Source: Myxococcota bacterium
Lineage (GTDB): Bacteria; Myxococcota_A; Polyangia; Nannocystales; Nannocystaceae
Direction: 5' to 3'
Assembly: GCA_039028615.1 (NCBI GenBank)
Contig: JBCCHT010000003.1
Span: forward strand, 32,001 to 96,000
DNA: 64,000 nucleotides
Both the position numbers and the translations under genes were made by a program. This document shows, one piece after another, positions 52,488-62,776 of the stretch. Below the pieces are notes generated by a model. The model worked only from the letters and a program-made list of their open reading frames with translations. It searched no databases and had not been told where the DNA came from. Every line of letters starts with the position of its first letter. Positions within the stretch are counted from its first letter, which is position 1.

Positions 52488-52865
52488 TTAGCGGTAGCCG
52501 GTTATGTCGTCGAGGACCGTGATCGACGCTGCGGCCGATGAGCTTCCAAGGCGGAAGCGAAGGAGGCACAACCGTCGTCTCGAGGGGGCAACGCGGATCA
52601 CTCGCAGGCTGAGGAGCACTTGGTTGTTACTCTCTGCTTGCTGGGTCCAGTCGACCTGGAATCCCGGCGTACCCGAGCGAACCTCGAGCTGCGATGCATC
52701 GCCATCGGCGATGTTGATCCACGCCAATATTGCCGAGGACCCGCGAACCATTGCGCTTTGCAGGCGAATGGACTCGAACCGGGCCCCAACGATGGGTGGG
52801 ACGGGGTAGTGACCTCGACCATCGGGTCGCGGCCGGGGCGCGTTGAACTGCGTCGGAGCCAACAT
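52488..52865 (-). CDS. Small hypothetical protein
   Basis: 125-aa ORF ending about 25 bp before a strong same-strand terminator; beta-rich pattern. Confidence 0.45.
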   Translation of the reverse strand: MLAPTQFNAPRPRPDGRGHYPVPPIVGARFESIRLQSAMVRGSSAILAWINIADGDASQLEVRSGTPGFQVDWTQQAESNNQVLLSLRVIRVAPSRRRLCLLRFRLGSSSAAASITVLDDITGYR

Positions 52866-53229
52866 CAGGTGGGGGCGGGCACCGACCCTAAGGCCGGCGA
52901 CTGAACGTATTAGTGGAAATGAGAGCCCAACCGATCACGGTTTTCTCGATCGAATTTCAGTGATGAACCCCCGTGGGCGGAAACCCCATGCACGCCCGGT
53001 TCCGTAGGGGAAAACCTCCGTCGTTCCCGGACGTTCCGATCGGGCTCAAAATCGCGCGGAGGCCGACGGGTCGGGTACTGTGGACCTCAGAATTCCGCTC
53101 ACCACCATGATCGGTTGTCACCCGTTTCACACTAAAGAGTCCGTCCGCCGTTTCGGTGGGACCCGGTCCTCGAACGAACGCGCCCCGCCCTGGTCACCCC
53201 AGGGTGCCATTCCCACGGAGTCACCCCCT

Positions 53230-53602
53230 CATGCCCGACCATGCTTCTCGGCATCGCCGAACCGCCACTCTTCTCGTTCCTCCGACCGCTACCACCCGAA
53301 CATCCGAAATGCGACTCATCTGCGATGATCCCAAGGACGGCACCGAACTCGTTCGGTCCCTGCCCACCAGCAACCCCGCTACGACCGTCGAAGTCCGCTT
53401 CGAGCCCCTCAGCCCCAACGAGCGCCTCAGCGGCGAGCCCGTCAATTGGTGCAATAGCCCCGCAACGGGCCAGCCGCTCATCTACACGATTCCGGTCCCG
53501 CAAAAGCCGAGTCACCCCCCCACCTCCGATACGCTGAAGGTCACGAAGAACACCGCGGGCGGGACGACCAACTTCCCCGTGATCGTCAAGCGCTCCACCT
53601 AG
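53230..53602 (+). CDS. Small hypothetical protein upstream of the kinase (start 53230 or 53308)
   Basis: C-ending codon bias; stop about 50 bp before the kinase start. Confidence 0.5.
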
Positions 53603-53651
53603 TCGATCCCCAGCCGAACCGTACGCCTCCCATCCCCAAGGACTGGCCACG

Positions 53652-56333
53652 ATGTCTGCCATCGATACCCACCCCGAGAGCCTCGACGGGGATTCGACCA
53701 CCCTGCAATCGCAGCGGGTGTGGAAAGCAGCAGGCAAGCCCGACCTCGACTTCGACAGTCAGCGGCTTCGCAATCGCCTGCGGGCCAAGATGTTCGGCGT
53801 CGACGCGGCGCCGATCAACATCGGGCGCTTCAACGTGCTCGAGACGGTCGGCTCCGGGGGGATGGGGGTCGTGTACGCGGCCTACGACGAGGAGCTCGAC
53901 CGCCGCGTCGCCGTCAAGCTCCTGCGCTCCTCCCACTACGAGGACGCCTCGATCGGCAAGGGCCGGCTGCTCCGCGAGGCGCAGGCGCTCGCCAAGCTCT
54001 CCCACCCCAACGTCGTGCAGGTCTACGACGTGGGGACCTTCGACGAGAACGTGTTCCTGGCCATGGAGTTCCTCCCGGGCCCCACGCTGCGCGCGTGGAT
54101 CCTCGAGGGGGAGCAGCCGTGGCAAGACGTCCTGCGTCACTTCATCGAGGCGGGGCAGGGGCTGGCGGCGGCCCATCGCGAGGGCATCATCCATCGCGAC
54201 TTCAAGCCAGCGAACTTGCTCTTCGGCGCCGATGGTCGGGTCCGCGTCGTGGACTTCGGGCTCGCGCGAGCGACCGAGCATGCGCGGGTCGAGCCCGATC
54301 CCACCCCCTCGGGCCGCGCCCGGGCCTTCGCCGTCGAGCTCACCCAGACGGGGGAGATCATGGGGACCCCGGCGTACATGTCCCCCGAGCAGGCGCGCTA
54401 CGAGAAAATCGACGCGCGTAGCGATCAATATAGTTTCTGCGTGGCCCTGTACGAGGCGCTCTTCGGTCGGCGCCCGCACGTCGGTCGCAGCTCCGCCGAG
54501 GTCCTCGTGGCCGTCTCCGAAGGCGAGGTCCAGCCCCCGCCTCGCTCCACGAAGGTGCCCGCGCGGATCGTTCGCGCCGTCATGCGAGGGCTATCCGCCT
54601 CGCCCGACCAACGCTTCCCCGACATGGACGCGCTGCTGGCCGAGCTGTCGCTCGACCGATCGGCGCGCTGGCACTGGCTGGGCGGCGGCGTGGTGGCGGC
54701 CCTGGGCCTGAGCGCGGTGGTCATGGCCTCCGAAGCCCCCTGCGAAGGCGTGAAGGATTCCGTCTCCACCGCGTGGAACTCCTCCGCGCGGGCCGAGCTG
54801 CGGCAAGCCTTCGACGCCAGCGGGCTGCGTGACGCCGCGTCCACGGCCGACCGCGTGTCGGGCGAGCTGGACGACTACGCATCGCAGTGGACCGAGGCGC
54901 GGCAGGACGTGTGCGAGGCCCACCACGTGCGCCGCGAGCTGTCGGCCGAGCTTCACGATCTTCGCATGGCGTGCCTGCTGGAGCGCCGCGCCGAGCTGGG
55001 GGCGTTCGCCAAGACTCTCGCGAACGCCGATCTCGAGATGGTCGAGCAGGCTCCGGCGGCCGTGATGGAGCTGTCGGCGATCTCGGCCTGTGACGACGTC
55101 GAGCGCATGATGGCCACCGAGACCCCCGAACATCGCAACCTGCGGCAGCAGCTCGCCGAGGCCAAGGCCTGGTACAAGCTCGGCCGCTACGAAAAGGCGC
55201 TCCAGTCCATGGAGCACGTGGCGAGCGAAGCCCGGCAGGGCGCCGCCGAAGGTCTCGAAGCCGAGGCGCTGTACCACCGGGGCATCGTGTTCGAGCGGTT
55301 GTGGAAGCACGAAGCCGCCGTAGAGACCCTCGACACCGCGGTCGACATGGCCGAAGCGGCGGGGGTCGATCGGCTCGGTGCGCAGGTGTGGACCCTGATG
55401 GCCCGCCAGCTCGCCTTCCGTGGCCGCGCCGAGGATGCCGAGCGCTCGCTGCGAATGGCCAAGGCCAAGCTCAAGCGGCTCGGTGACGACGAAGAACTCG
55501 AGCGAGACTTGATGCAGGCCCGCGCCGTCGTGGCATGGCAGGGCGGTCGCCACGACGAGGCGATCGAGGTGCAGCAAACCGCGGTCCAGCAGTGGCAGGC
55601 CGAGGGCGGCGACGCCGATCCCCGGCTCGCGGCGGCGCTCAACGTCCTCGGGAACATCCTCGCCGATGCGGGTCGACTGGCCGAGGCCGGGGTCCAGCGC
55701 GCGCGGGCCCTGAAGTTGCTCGAGAAGGTCTACGGCGCCGAGCACCCGCGCGTGGCTCTGCTTCTGGTCTCGATGGGCATGGACCAGCGCGATGCGGGTC
55801 TGCTGGCCGAGGCGCGGCAGACGTATCTTCGCGCCGAGAAGATGCTCATCGCCAGCGTCGGCGCCGAGTCGCCCTCGCTCATCAAGGTGCAGAAGGCACT
55901 GGGGCAGCTGGCGCTGACCCAAGAAGACTACGAGGAAGCCGAGCTGCGAGGCGTTCGCACGATGGAGCTGGTGAGTGACGTCGAAGGGATGGCCGACCAC
56001 CGCCTCGACGCCCTGTCCATGCTGGCCAGCGTGGCGATGAACCGCGAGCAGCTCCCCAAGGCGGAGGGCTATATCCGAGAGTACGTGGACATCGTGGCGA
56101 CCAAGAACGTCAGCCCCGAGTACCGCGACGCCGTGTTCGCCCTGCGGCTCGGGTTGGTGACCGTCGTCCAGCAGCAAGGGCGGCACGCCGAGGCCAAAGA
56201 GATCGCCACCCGAATCCTCCACGACCTCGACGGGAAGCCGGAGCATCTCGATGGCATGCGTCAGGCGGCTCAGGCTGCCCTCGACGAGCTCACGGCTTCG
56301 GACGACCCGACGCCCTCATCCACCGGGGCCTGA
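53652..56333 (+). CDS. Hanks-type Ser/Thr protein kinase with TM segment and C-terminal TPR domain
   Basis: GSGGMGVVY, VAVK, HRDFKPAN, DFG and GTPAYMSPEQ motifs; one TM segment; Cys-containing helical domain and TPR repeats. Confidence 0.95.
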   Translation: MSAIDTHPESLDGDSTTLQSQRVWKAAGKPDLDFDSQRLRNRLRAKMFGVDAAPINIGRFNVLETVGSGGMGVVYAAYDEELDRRVAVKLLRSSHYEDASIGKGRLLREAQALAKLSHPNVVQVYDVGTFDENVFLAMEFLPGPTLRAWILEGEQPWQDVLRHFIEAGQGLAAAHREGIIHRDFKPANLLFGADGRVRVVDFGLARATEHARVEPDPTPSGRARAFAVELTQTGEIMGTPAYMSPEQARYEKIDARSDQYSFCVALYEALFGRRPHVGRSSAEVLVAVSEGEVQPPPRSTKVPARIVRAVMRGLSASPDQRFPDMDALLAELSLDRSARWHWLGGGVVAALGLSAVVMASEAPCEGVKDSVSTAWNSSARAELRQAFDASGLRDAASTADRVSGELDDYASQWTEARQDVCEAHHVRRELSAELHDLRMACLLERRAELGAFAKTLANADLEMVEQAPAAVMELSAISACDDVERMMATETPEHRNLRQQLAEAKAWYKLGRYEKALQSMEHVASEARQGAAEGLEAEALYHRGIVFERLWKHEAAVETLDTAVDMAEAAGVDRLGAQVWTLMARQLAFRGRAEDAERSLRMAKAKLKRLGDDEELERDLMQARAVVAWQGGRHDEAIEVQQTAVQQWQAEGGDADPRLAAALNVLGNILADAGRLAEAGVQRARALKLLEKVYGAEHPRVALLLVSMGMDQRDAGLLAEARQTYLRAEKMLIASVGAESPSLIKVQKALGQLALTQEDYEEAELRGVRTMELVSDVEGMADHRLDALSMLASVAMNREQLPKAEGYIREYVDIVATKNVSPEYRDAVFALRLGLVTVVQQQGRHAEAKEIATRILHDLDGKPEHLDGMRQAAQAALDELTASDDPTPSSTGA

Positions 56334-56540
56334 CGCCGCCGTCATTCGGCCTGCGTCGAGCCTCTCGAAAGAACCGTCCGTGGCTGGCCCGTTCACCACC
56401 CCGCGGACCGTAGAAAACGCGCTCTGCCCGCAGTTCGTCGGATGAGGATGGGGCGGCCTGTGGGAAGCAACGCGGCAAGGGGTGCGCGGTTGACGGGGCG
56501 GCAAGCACGGCCGGCGGAAGGACTTGCTAGGATTCGGCCG

Positions 56541-57161
56541 GTGCCGCCGACCGACTTGGAGTTGCTCGACGCCTGGCGCAACGGGGACCTCGATGCGGGG
56601 GATGCTCTGTTCAACCGGCATTTCGCTGCGATCCATCGGTTCTTCCGAAACAAGGTTAGCGACGGCCTCGAGGATCTGGTTCAGCAGACGTTCATGGCCT
56701 CCGTCGAGGGCCGCGAGCGATTCCGTAATGATTCCAGCTTTCGAACGTACCTGTTCGGCGTCGCGCACAACCTGCTGCGCGATCACTACCGGGCACAGCG
56801 ACGCGAGCCGGAGGCCTTCGACTTCGGCAAGAGTTCCGCGGTCGACGCCGGAGCCGGCCCGTCGACCGTTGTGGGCAAGCGCCGGGAGGAGCGGCTGCTG
56901 CTCGAGGCGCTGCGCCGCATCCCGCTCGATAGCCAGATCGTGCTGGAGCTGTACTACTGGGAAGAGATGTCCGCGTCGCAGACGGCAGCGGTCCTCGGCG
57001 TTCCAGAGGGCACGGTGCGCGGGCGAGTGCGGCGAGCCAAGCAGCTGCTGAAGGGCGAGCTGGCCAAGCTGGCCGAGTCACCCCAGGAGCTGGAGACCAC
57101 GGTCTGCAACCTCGACCGCTGGGCCGAGGGCCTGCGGCAGCAGATGTCCGACGGCAAGTAG
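56541..57161 (+). CDS. ECF sigma-70 factor
   Basis: DLELLDAWRNGD...FFRNKV...EDLVQQTF...SSFRTYLFGVAHN; LELYYWEEM...GTVRGRVRRAK. Confidence 0.92.
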   Translation: MPPTDLELLDAWRNGDLDAGDALFNRHFAAIHRFFRNKVSDGLEDLVQQTFMASVEGRERFRNDSSFRTYLFGVAHNLLRDHYRAQRREPEAFDFGKSSAVDAGAGPSTVVGKRREERLLLEALRRIPLDSQIVLELYYWEEMSASQTAAVLGVPEGTVRGRVRRAKQLLKGELAKLAESPQELETTVCNLDRWAEGLRQQMSDGK

Positions 57162-57210
57162 CCGTCCGAGGCGAGACGGCCCCATCGGGTCGTGGGGAAG
57201 GGGCGACCGC

Positions 57211-57882
57211 CTACTCTTCGCAGTCGTCGCAGGCCTGCATCGCGGCGGCACACTGGAGCTCGGCGCGGAGGCAGGCCTTTTCGTAGCGCGGCTCGTCGGG
57301 ATGCTGCTCGGCCAGCTCGCAGATCTGGGCCTCGAGGTCGCAGGTGGCCTCGGCGAGGTCGCAGACCCGCTCGCACCGCGTACGCTCTCGTTCGCGGCTG
57401 TCGCGGCTGGAGGCCCGGGCGGCCTTGCGCTCGGCCCGTCGGGCCCGGCCTCGCCTGCGCCTGGACTCGGACTCCATCAAGACGATGTCTTCGTCGGCCG
57501 ACATCTCGCGCTCGGCTGCGGGCATGGGCTCGCTGGCGGTGGAGCTGAGCTCGGGCCCGTCGTCCGAGTCGAACACGGCGTCGGACTCGTCCTCCGGCTC
57601 GGGCCCGGGTTCGGCGGGCTCGGGCAGTGTCTCGGGCTCGTCGCCGCCGGAGCGCGCCCGGGGCTCGAACTGCGGCGGGGGAGGGGTCATCTGTGCGACC
57701 TGGATCCCGGCATCGGCGAGCACGTCACCGTTGCGCTCGAGCTCGGCCTCGATGTCGTTGAGCGACCACTGGCGGAGATCGATGGAGGGCTCCTGGCTCG
57801 CCTTGTTCTTGGCCGCACACCCGGCGGTGACGAAGCCCAAGCTCAGCGCGGTCCCCAGGGTCAGCAGGCGGAGATCAGCCAT
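57211..57882 (-). CDS. Lipoprotein with C-terminal 8-Cys heptad domain (copy 2)
   Basis: TAGC lipobox; C-terminal Cys spacing 3-6-6-15-6-6-2. Confidence 0.8.
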   Translation of the reverse strand: MADLRLLTLGTALSLGFVTAGCAAKNKASQEPSIDLRQWSLNDIEAELERNGDVLADAGIQVAQMTPPPPQFEPRARSGGDEPETLPEPAEPGPEPEDESDAVFDSDDGPELSSTASEPMPAAEREMSADEDIVLMESESRRRRGRARRAERKAARASSRDSRERERTRCERVCDLAEATCDLEAQICELAEQHPDEPRYEKACLRAELQCAAAMQACDDCEE

Positions 57883-58393
57883 CACAGGATTCCTCGCACG
57901 CGGTCTCGGCCCGCTCGCAGTCGAGGGTGGCGCGCTCGCACGCGTTGGCGTAGCGAGGGTCGTCGTGGTCGTCCGCGAGGTTGCAGATCTGGGTGGCGAG
58001 GTCGCAGATGGTGGTGGCGAGATCGCAGACGCGGGTGCAGCGGTCGGGGGTCTCGAAGGCGGTGGCGGGGCTGGCGTCCCGACCCGACTCCGTCCAGCGC
58101 CGCTGCACGAGCTCGGGCAGCGGGATGCCGGCCTCGATCAAGCTCTGCTCGTGCGTCTCGAGCTGGTACTCGAGGTCGTCGATGCCGACCGGCCGCTCCT
58201 CGGCGGCCTCCGCCTCGGACCGGAAGTCCTCGGAGGCTTCGCCGGCGTCCATCCCGGCGGCGGCGTCGCTCGGCGGGCTGGTCTCGGGCGCGCCCGCGGA
58301 CTTCTTGCAGCCGTTGGTCATCAGGCCGCCCACGAGCACGCCGACGATCACACCAGGCCAGGACAGGGAGGAGCCACGAAAACCTCGCGTCAT
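57875..58393 (-). CDS. Lipoprotein with C-terminal 8-Cys heptad domain (copy 1)
   Basis: TNGC lipobox-like motif; Cys spacing 3-6-6-14-6-6-3; overlaps the next gene's start. Confidence 0.8.
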   Translation of the reverse strand: MTRGFRGSSLSWPGVIVGVLVGGLMTNGCKKSAGAPETSPPSDAAAGMDAGEASEDFRSEAEAAEERPVGIDDLEYQLETHEQSLIEAGIPLPELVQRRWTESGRDASPATAFETPDRCTRVCDLATTICDLATQICNLADDHDDPRYANACERATLDCERAETACEESCDG

Positions 58394-58487
58394 GGGAGGC
58401 CCGAGCATCTCCCCTGGGCGGGGGTTGGTGCAATCGGGCTGCGCTCGCGGCATCTCAGGGGCCGGAACGGCCCCCGCAGTCTCGCCC

Positions 58488-60209
58488 TTACAGGGTGGTG
58501 GCGGCCCGTCGTCGGCGGAGGGTCAGGCCCGCACCGATCAGCACGATCGCCATACCCATGGCCCAGCGGCCCTCGGAGGAGGGTTTGCTCTCGATCTGGC
58601 AGCCGCCGCAGCCGTCGGCGTTGAAGCCTGCGTCGGCGTTGTAGGCCTCGAGCATGGCGTCGATCTGCTCCGTATTGTTGGCCAGCGTCATCGGGGCGCC
58701 GGCCATGGGGATCTCGGAGACTTCTTCCTCCCAGGGCATTTCTGCCGGGAACTCTGGCCAGTCTCGTCCGTTGGGCACGAAGACCTGGCGTCCGTCGGGG
58801 AGGTTGAAGACCGAGTCGCCGCTACAGCGGATGCGGCGGTCGGCGATGCGCATGTTGGGCACCTCGTCGAGGTCTTCCCGGGCGTGGAAGATCGGGTCCT
58901 CGGTCATCTCGTGCGGCGAGATGGTGGTGTACAGGCGCGTCACGTAGTCGTGGGTCTGGAGCAAGTCCTCGGCGTGCTGGCCCGGGCCGACGATGCGCTC
59001 GTCGAAGGCGTCGGCGAAGCCCTCACTGTCGAACGCCACCGCGTTTTCACCCTCGGTGTAGCACTCGGGGCAGTCGATGAACTGCTCGACGCTGACACCG
59101 TCGGGGAGCTGGAGGAACTCGCCGAGCACACCGCCGACGAGGGGGTGATTGAGCTGGCAGCCGTCCCACTCGTTGCAGAAGGCCAGGCTCTGCGACTCGA
59201 GGATGCCGGGGAGCTGCCCCGGGGTGGCCCCGCGGAAGTCGTCGGGGGCCCAGGCGGCCACGTAAAGCCCCGCGGAGGACACGGTGTTGCTGGGCCCGGC
59301 GAACTCGGTGACGAAGGCGCGGCCGTTGGCGTGCTCGGCATCGACGGCGGCGGTGATCACCTCTTTGTAGTTGGCGCCGAAGTTCAGCCAGTCGATCTTC
59401 AGCGGGTTGACCAGCACGTGCCGATAGTTGGTGGGCACCATGCGGGCATCGCTGAGGAAGAACGTCCGGACGTCCATGTCCTCGACGGCGGCGATCCGCG
59501 TGAGGCGGAGCGGCACGCACAGCTCGGTGCCCGTGTAGCGCAGCGTGATGGGGTGAATCTGGTCGACGTCGGCTCCGCCGGTCAGCTTGATGGCGCCGAA
59601 CAGGTGGCCCTCGGCGAGGTACTCCTCGAGGATCGGGGTGGCCTCGGGGTCTTGCTGGTAGCCGTTCTCGTCGAGCCAGGCGACGACCTCGTCGGCCGTG
59701 CCACCCTCGAGCACCACGATGTCGAAGGCGCCGACCGTCTCTTTGAGCACGATGGTCGGTCCGCCGTCGTCTTCCCCGTCGCCGCCGCTGTCGGCCGCGC
59801 CGCTGGTGATCCCGGCGCCGTTGCTGGGGTCGTCTTGCGCTCCGCCGTCGAACCGGCTGTCGGTGCAGGTCTCGCGCGTCGAGTTGAAGCCGTAGCTCGG
59901 CACGGTGCCGGTGAGCAGGTTGCTGAACAGCGCGTCGGAGCCGATGGAGAAGCTCGGCACCGCGGTCAGCGGAATGACCCAGGCGAAGTTCTCGGCTTCA
60001 CCGTCGTAGCGGATCTGAATGTGGACTTCGACGTCCTCGCCGTCGCGAACGAACAGGATGTTCTCGCCCGACTGATCGACCGGCATCGACTGCGGGCCGG
60101 CATCGCAGAACGTGCCGCCGCACGCCTGGGCCGGCTGGGGCATGGCCACCCATGCTCCGCAAGAGATCAACGCACCGAGGAACGCACCACTACGCCAAGA
60201 AACGAGCAT
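58488..60209 (-). CDS. DUF2330-like secreted protein with MYXO-CTERM-like anchor
   Basis: AQACGGTFC...VDQSGENILF...FAWVIP...WLDENGY...PLRLT; ends GCGGC-linker-TM-RRRR. Confidence 0.82.
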   Translation of the reverse strand: MLVSWRSGAFLGALISCGAWVAMPQPAQACGGTFCDAGPQSMPVDQSGENILFVRDGEDVEVHIQIRYDGEAENFAWVIPLTAVPSFSIGSDALFSNLLTGTVPSYGFNSTRETCTDSRFDGGAQDDPSNGAGITSGAADSGGDGEDDGGPTIVLKETVGAFDIVVLEGGTADEVVAWLDENGYQQDPEATPILEEYLAEGHLFGAIKLTGGADVDQIHPITLRYTGTELCVPLRLTRIAAVEDMDVRTFFLSDARMVPTNYRHVLVNPLKIDWLNFGANYKEVITAAVDAEHANGRAFVTEFAGPSNTVSSAGLYVAAWAPDDFRGATPGQLPGILESQSLAFCNEWDGCQLNHPLVGGVLGEFLQLPDGVSVEQFIDCPECYTEGENAVAFDSEGFADAFDERIVGPGQHAEDLLQTHDYVTRLYTTISPHEMTEDPIFHAREDLDEVPNMRIADRRIRCSGDSVFNLPDGRQVFVPNGRDWPEFPAEMPWEEEVSEIPMAGAPMTLANNTEQIDAMLEAYNADAGFNADGCGGCQIESKPSSEGRWAMGMAIVLIGAGLTLRRRRAATTL

Positions 60210-60637
60210 CACTAAGTCCAATTCCGTGAGGGGTTTTGCGAGCTACCGTCGTGCAACCGCAACGGACACGACGGATCCGCCTACCGACTTCAACCTCACC
60301 ACGATAGCAGTCGGGACGAAGCCGCTCCAGGTGGGTCCATGCCCGCCGAGGCCGTGCTCGGGTGCGATCGAACATGACGGAGATGTCGCGGCCAAGCTCG
60401 CCGAAAGTGCCGGTGTTTGCGCGATAACGATGTTTTTACCCAGTAAAGTGCGTTGGCGTAGAACGATTTGGGGTGTCACACGTGTCACGGCTCGACCCAT
60501 GAGGTCGCTGTCTTCACGCATTGGTTCGAGGTCCGTGCCCGGAGGGCCTCGATCGTTTCGGTTTGGGACGCGGCGGCGATCGAGCTGTCGTTTGCTGCGA
60601 GCCTGATCGATCCTGCTTTTCGAAAGAGACCACCCCG

Positions 60638-62776
60638 ATGTCCCACTCCTGGATTCGCCCCACTTCGCTCATCGTCTCTCTGTTCTGGCTGGCGACGACC
60701 CCAGCCTGTGGCACGAGCGCTGCGAGTGAGAGCAAGCCGCTCCAGGCTCCGGTCGCGGCCGCGCAGGTCGCCGCGGAGCCGCCTCCCCACGTGTTCACGC
60801 CGCGGTCTCATCCCGCGCGCGTGCACAGCCTGCCGCCGTCGCCTCAGCTGGCCAGCTTGCCGCCGCTCGTCGATCGGTCGGCGACGTGCTTCGGGTGGCA
60901 CGTCGAGGAGGAGCGGCAGGTGATGCCGACCTCCACCAACACGCGGAGGACCAAGAAGGGCAAGAAGAAGAAAAAGCGGGCCCCGGGTCACGTGCCCTAT
61001 AGCGGCGGCGGATCGGGAGCCAAGAAGAAGGACTCGAAAGGGCGTCGTCGCAAAGAGGCGAGGGCGCGTGGATCGGGCGGAGTACCCGGAGGCGTTCCGG
61101 GCGGCGTCGCCGGGGGCGTGGTCGGTGGAGTCTTGGGCGGCACGGTGGGGGGCAAGGCCAGCGGCAGCGGTGCATCCTCGAAACCGAGGCCGAAGCCCCA
61201 ACCCAAGCCCGAGTCGAAACCCCGCCCGCAGCCCGAGCCGGAGCCCGCACCCGCCATGCCATCGGCGTCTGCTCCGGTCGACGCCAACCGCGACACCCGG
61301 GCCTACGAGTACAACGACACCGACGAGTCCGCGCCCGCGATCGCCAGCGATCCCCACCACGGCTACGAGGACTGGGGCTCGGCCATCTACCTGAGCAACG
61401 ACGACACCATGAGCCTGTCGTCGGCGCAGCGGGTGATCTACGCGATCGACCACTTCCTCCCGCTGCCCTCCGAGCACATTCGGCCCCACGAGCTGCTCAA
61501 CTACTTCTCGTTTCACACCGAGCCGGTGGCCGACACGGACGATTTTTCCGTGCACGCCTCCATCGCGCCCGACCTGCACGACGAGGGCATCTACAGCCTC
61601 GCCATGGCCGTCCGCGGGCGCCCTCTGGGCATCGAGCAGCGGCGCAACGCCAACCTCTCGCTGGTGATCGATCGCTCGGGCTCGATGTCGGCCGAGGGCC
61701 GCATGGAGTACCTCAAGCGCGGGCTCAAGCAGCTCACCGGTCAGCTCAAGAAGGGCGACATGATCCACCTGGCGCTGTTCGATCACAGCGTCTGCGTGCC
61801 GGTGAAGAACTTCGTCGTCGGCCGCGATCCCCAGTCGGTGCTCGACAAGGCCATCGACTCGCTGCAGCCGCGGGGCTCCACCAACCTGCACTCCGGCCTC
61901 CAAGAGGGCTACCAGATCGCCGACCAGGCCTATCAGCCCGAGTACACCAACCGGGTGGTGATGATCACCGACGCCATCGCCAACACCGGGGTGACCGACG
62001 AGCGGCTGCTGTCCACCGTCTCGCGCTACTATGACAAGCGGCAGATCCGGCTCAGCGGGGTCGGGGTGGGGCGGGACTTCAACGACTCGCTGCTCGACAA
62101 GCTCACCGAAGAGGGCAAGGGCGCCTACGTGTTCTTGGGCTCCGAGGCCGAGGTCGACGCCGTGTTCGGGGCCCGCTTCACCTCGCTCATCGAGACCACC
62201 GCGCTCGACGTGCACTTCCAGCTGCACCTGCCGCCCTCGCTGCGGATGAACACCTTCTACGGCGAGGAGAGCTCGACCATCAAAGAAGACGTGCAGGCGA
62301 TTCACTACTTCGCCAACACCTCGCAGCTGTTCCTCTCCGATCTCATGGCGAAGAACGCCGCCTTGCGTGCGCAGGACTCGGTGATGCTCACCATCGAGTA
62401 CGAAGACCCGGAGTCGGGCGACGAGAAGATCGAGGAGGTCGCGTTCAACCTCGGCGAGATCAGCCAAGACGTCCGCAACGTCCGCAAGGGGCGGCTCATC
62501 ATGCACTTCGTCGACGGGCTGGCGTGGATGGCCGCGCGGCCCCGGCCGACGCGGTGGAACAACCACGCGGGCTCGTGGGATGACGCCGATGCGGTCGAGG
62601 CCTGTGATGCCGGTCGCGCCGAGCTGAACACGCTCGCCGAAGGCATCGGTGACGATCCCGAGGTGCAGCGCGTGCAAGGCCTGTGGGAGTCGTATTGCTC
62701 GCGCTTCTCGAGGCCGCGTCGTCCGGTGAAGCGAGCCCCGCCCGAGGACACGTGGCCCTCGGCTTCGGGCCAGTAG
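60638..62776 (+). CDS. VWA-domain lipoprotein (YfbK-like) with low-complexity N-terminal region
   Basis: TPAC lipobox-like motif; IRPHELLNYF; MIDAS DRSGS...GST...ITD. Confidence 0.88.
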   Translation: MSHSWIRPTSLIVSLFWLATTPACGTSAASESKPLQAPVAAAQVAAEPPPHVFTPRSHPARVHSLPPSPQLASLPPLVDRSATCFGWHVEEERQVMPTSTNTRRTKKGKKKKKRAPGHVPYSGGGSGAKKKDSKGRRRKEARARGSGGVPGGVPGGVAGGVVGGVLGGTVGGKASGSGASSKPRPKPQPKPESKPRPQPEPEPAPAMPSASAPVDANRDTRAYEYNDTDESAPAIASDPHHGYEDWGSAIYLSNDDTMSLSSAQRVIYAIDHFLPLPSEHIRPHELLNYFSFHTEPVADTDDFSVHASIAPDLHDEGIYSLAMAVRGRPLGIEQRRNANLSLVIDRSGSMSAEGRMEYLKRGLKQLTGQLKKGDMIHLALFDHSVCVPVKNFVVGRDPQSVLDKAIDSLQPRGSTNLHSGLQEGYQIADQAYQPEYTNRVVMITDAIANTGVTDERLLSTVSRYYDKRQIRLSGVGVGRDFNDSLLDKLTEEGKGAYVFLGSEAEVDAVFGARFTSLIETTALDVHFQLHLPPSLRMNTFYGEESSTIKEDVQAIHYFANTSQLFLSDLMAKNAALRAQDSVMLTIEYEDPESGDEKIEEVAFNLGEISQDVRNVRKGRLIMHFVDGLAWMAARPRPTRWNNHAGSWDDADAVEACDAGRAELNTLAEGIGDDPEVQRVQGLWESYCSRFSRPRRPVKRAPPEDTWPSASGQ

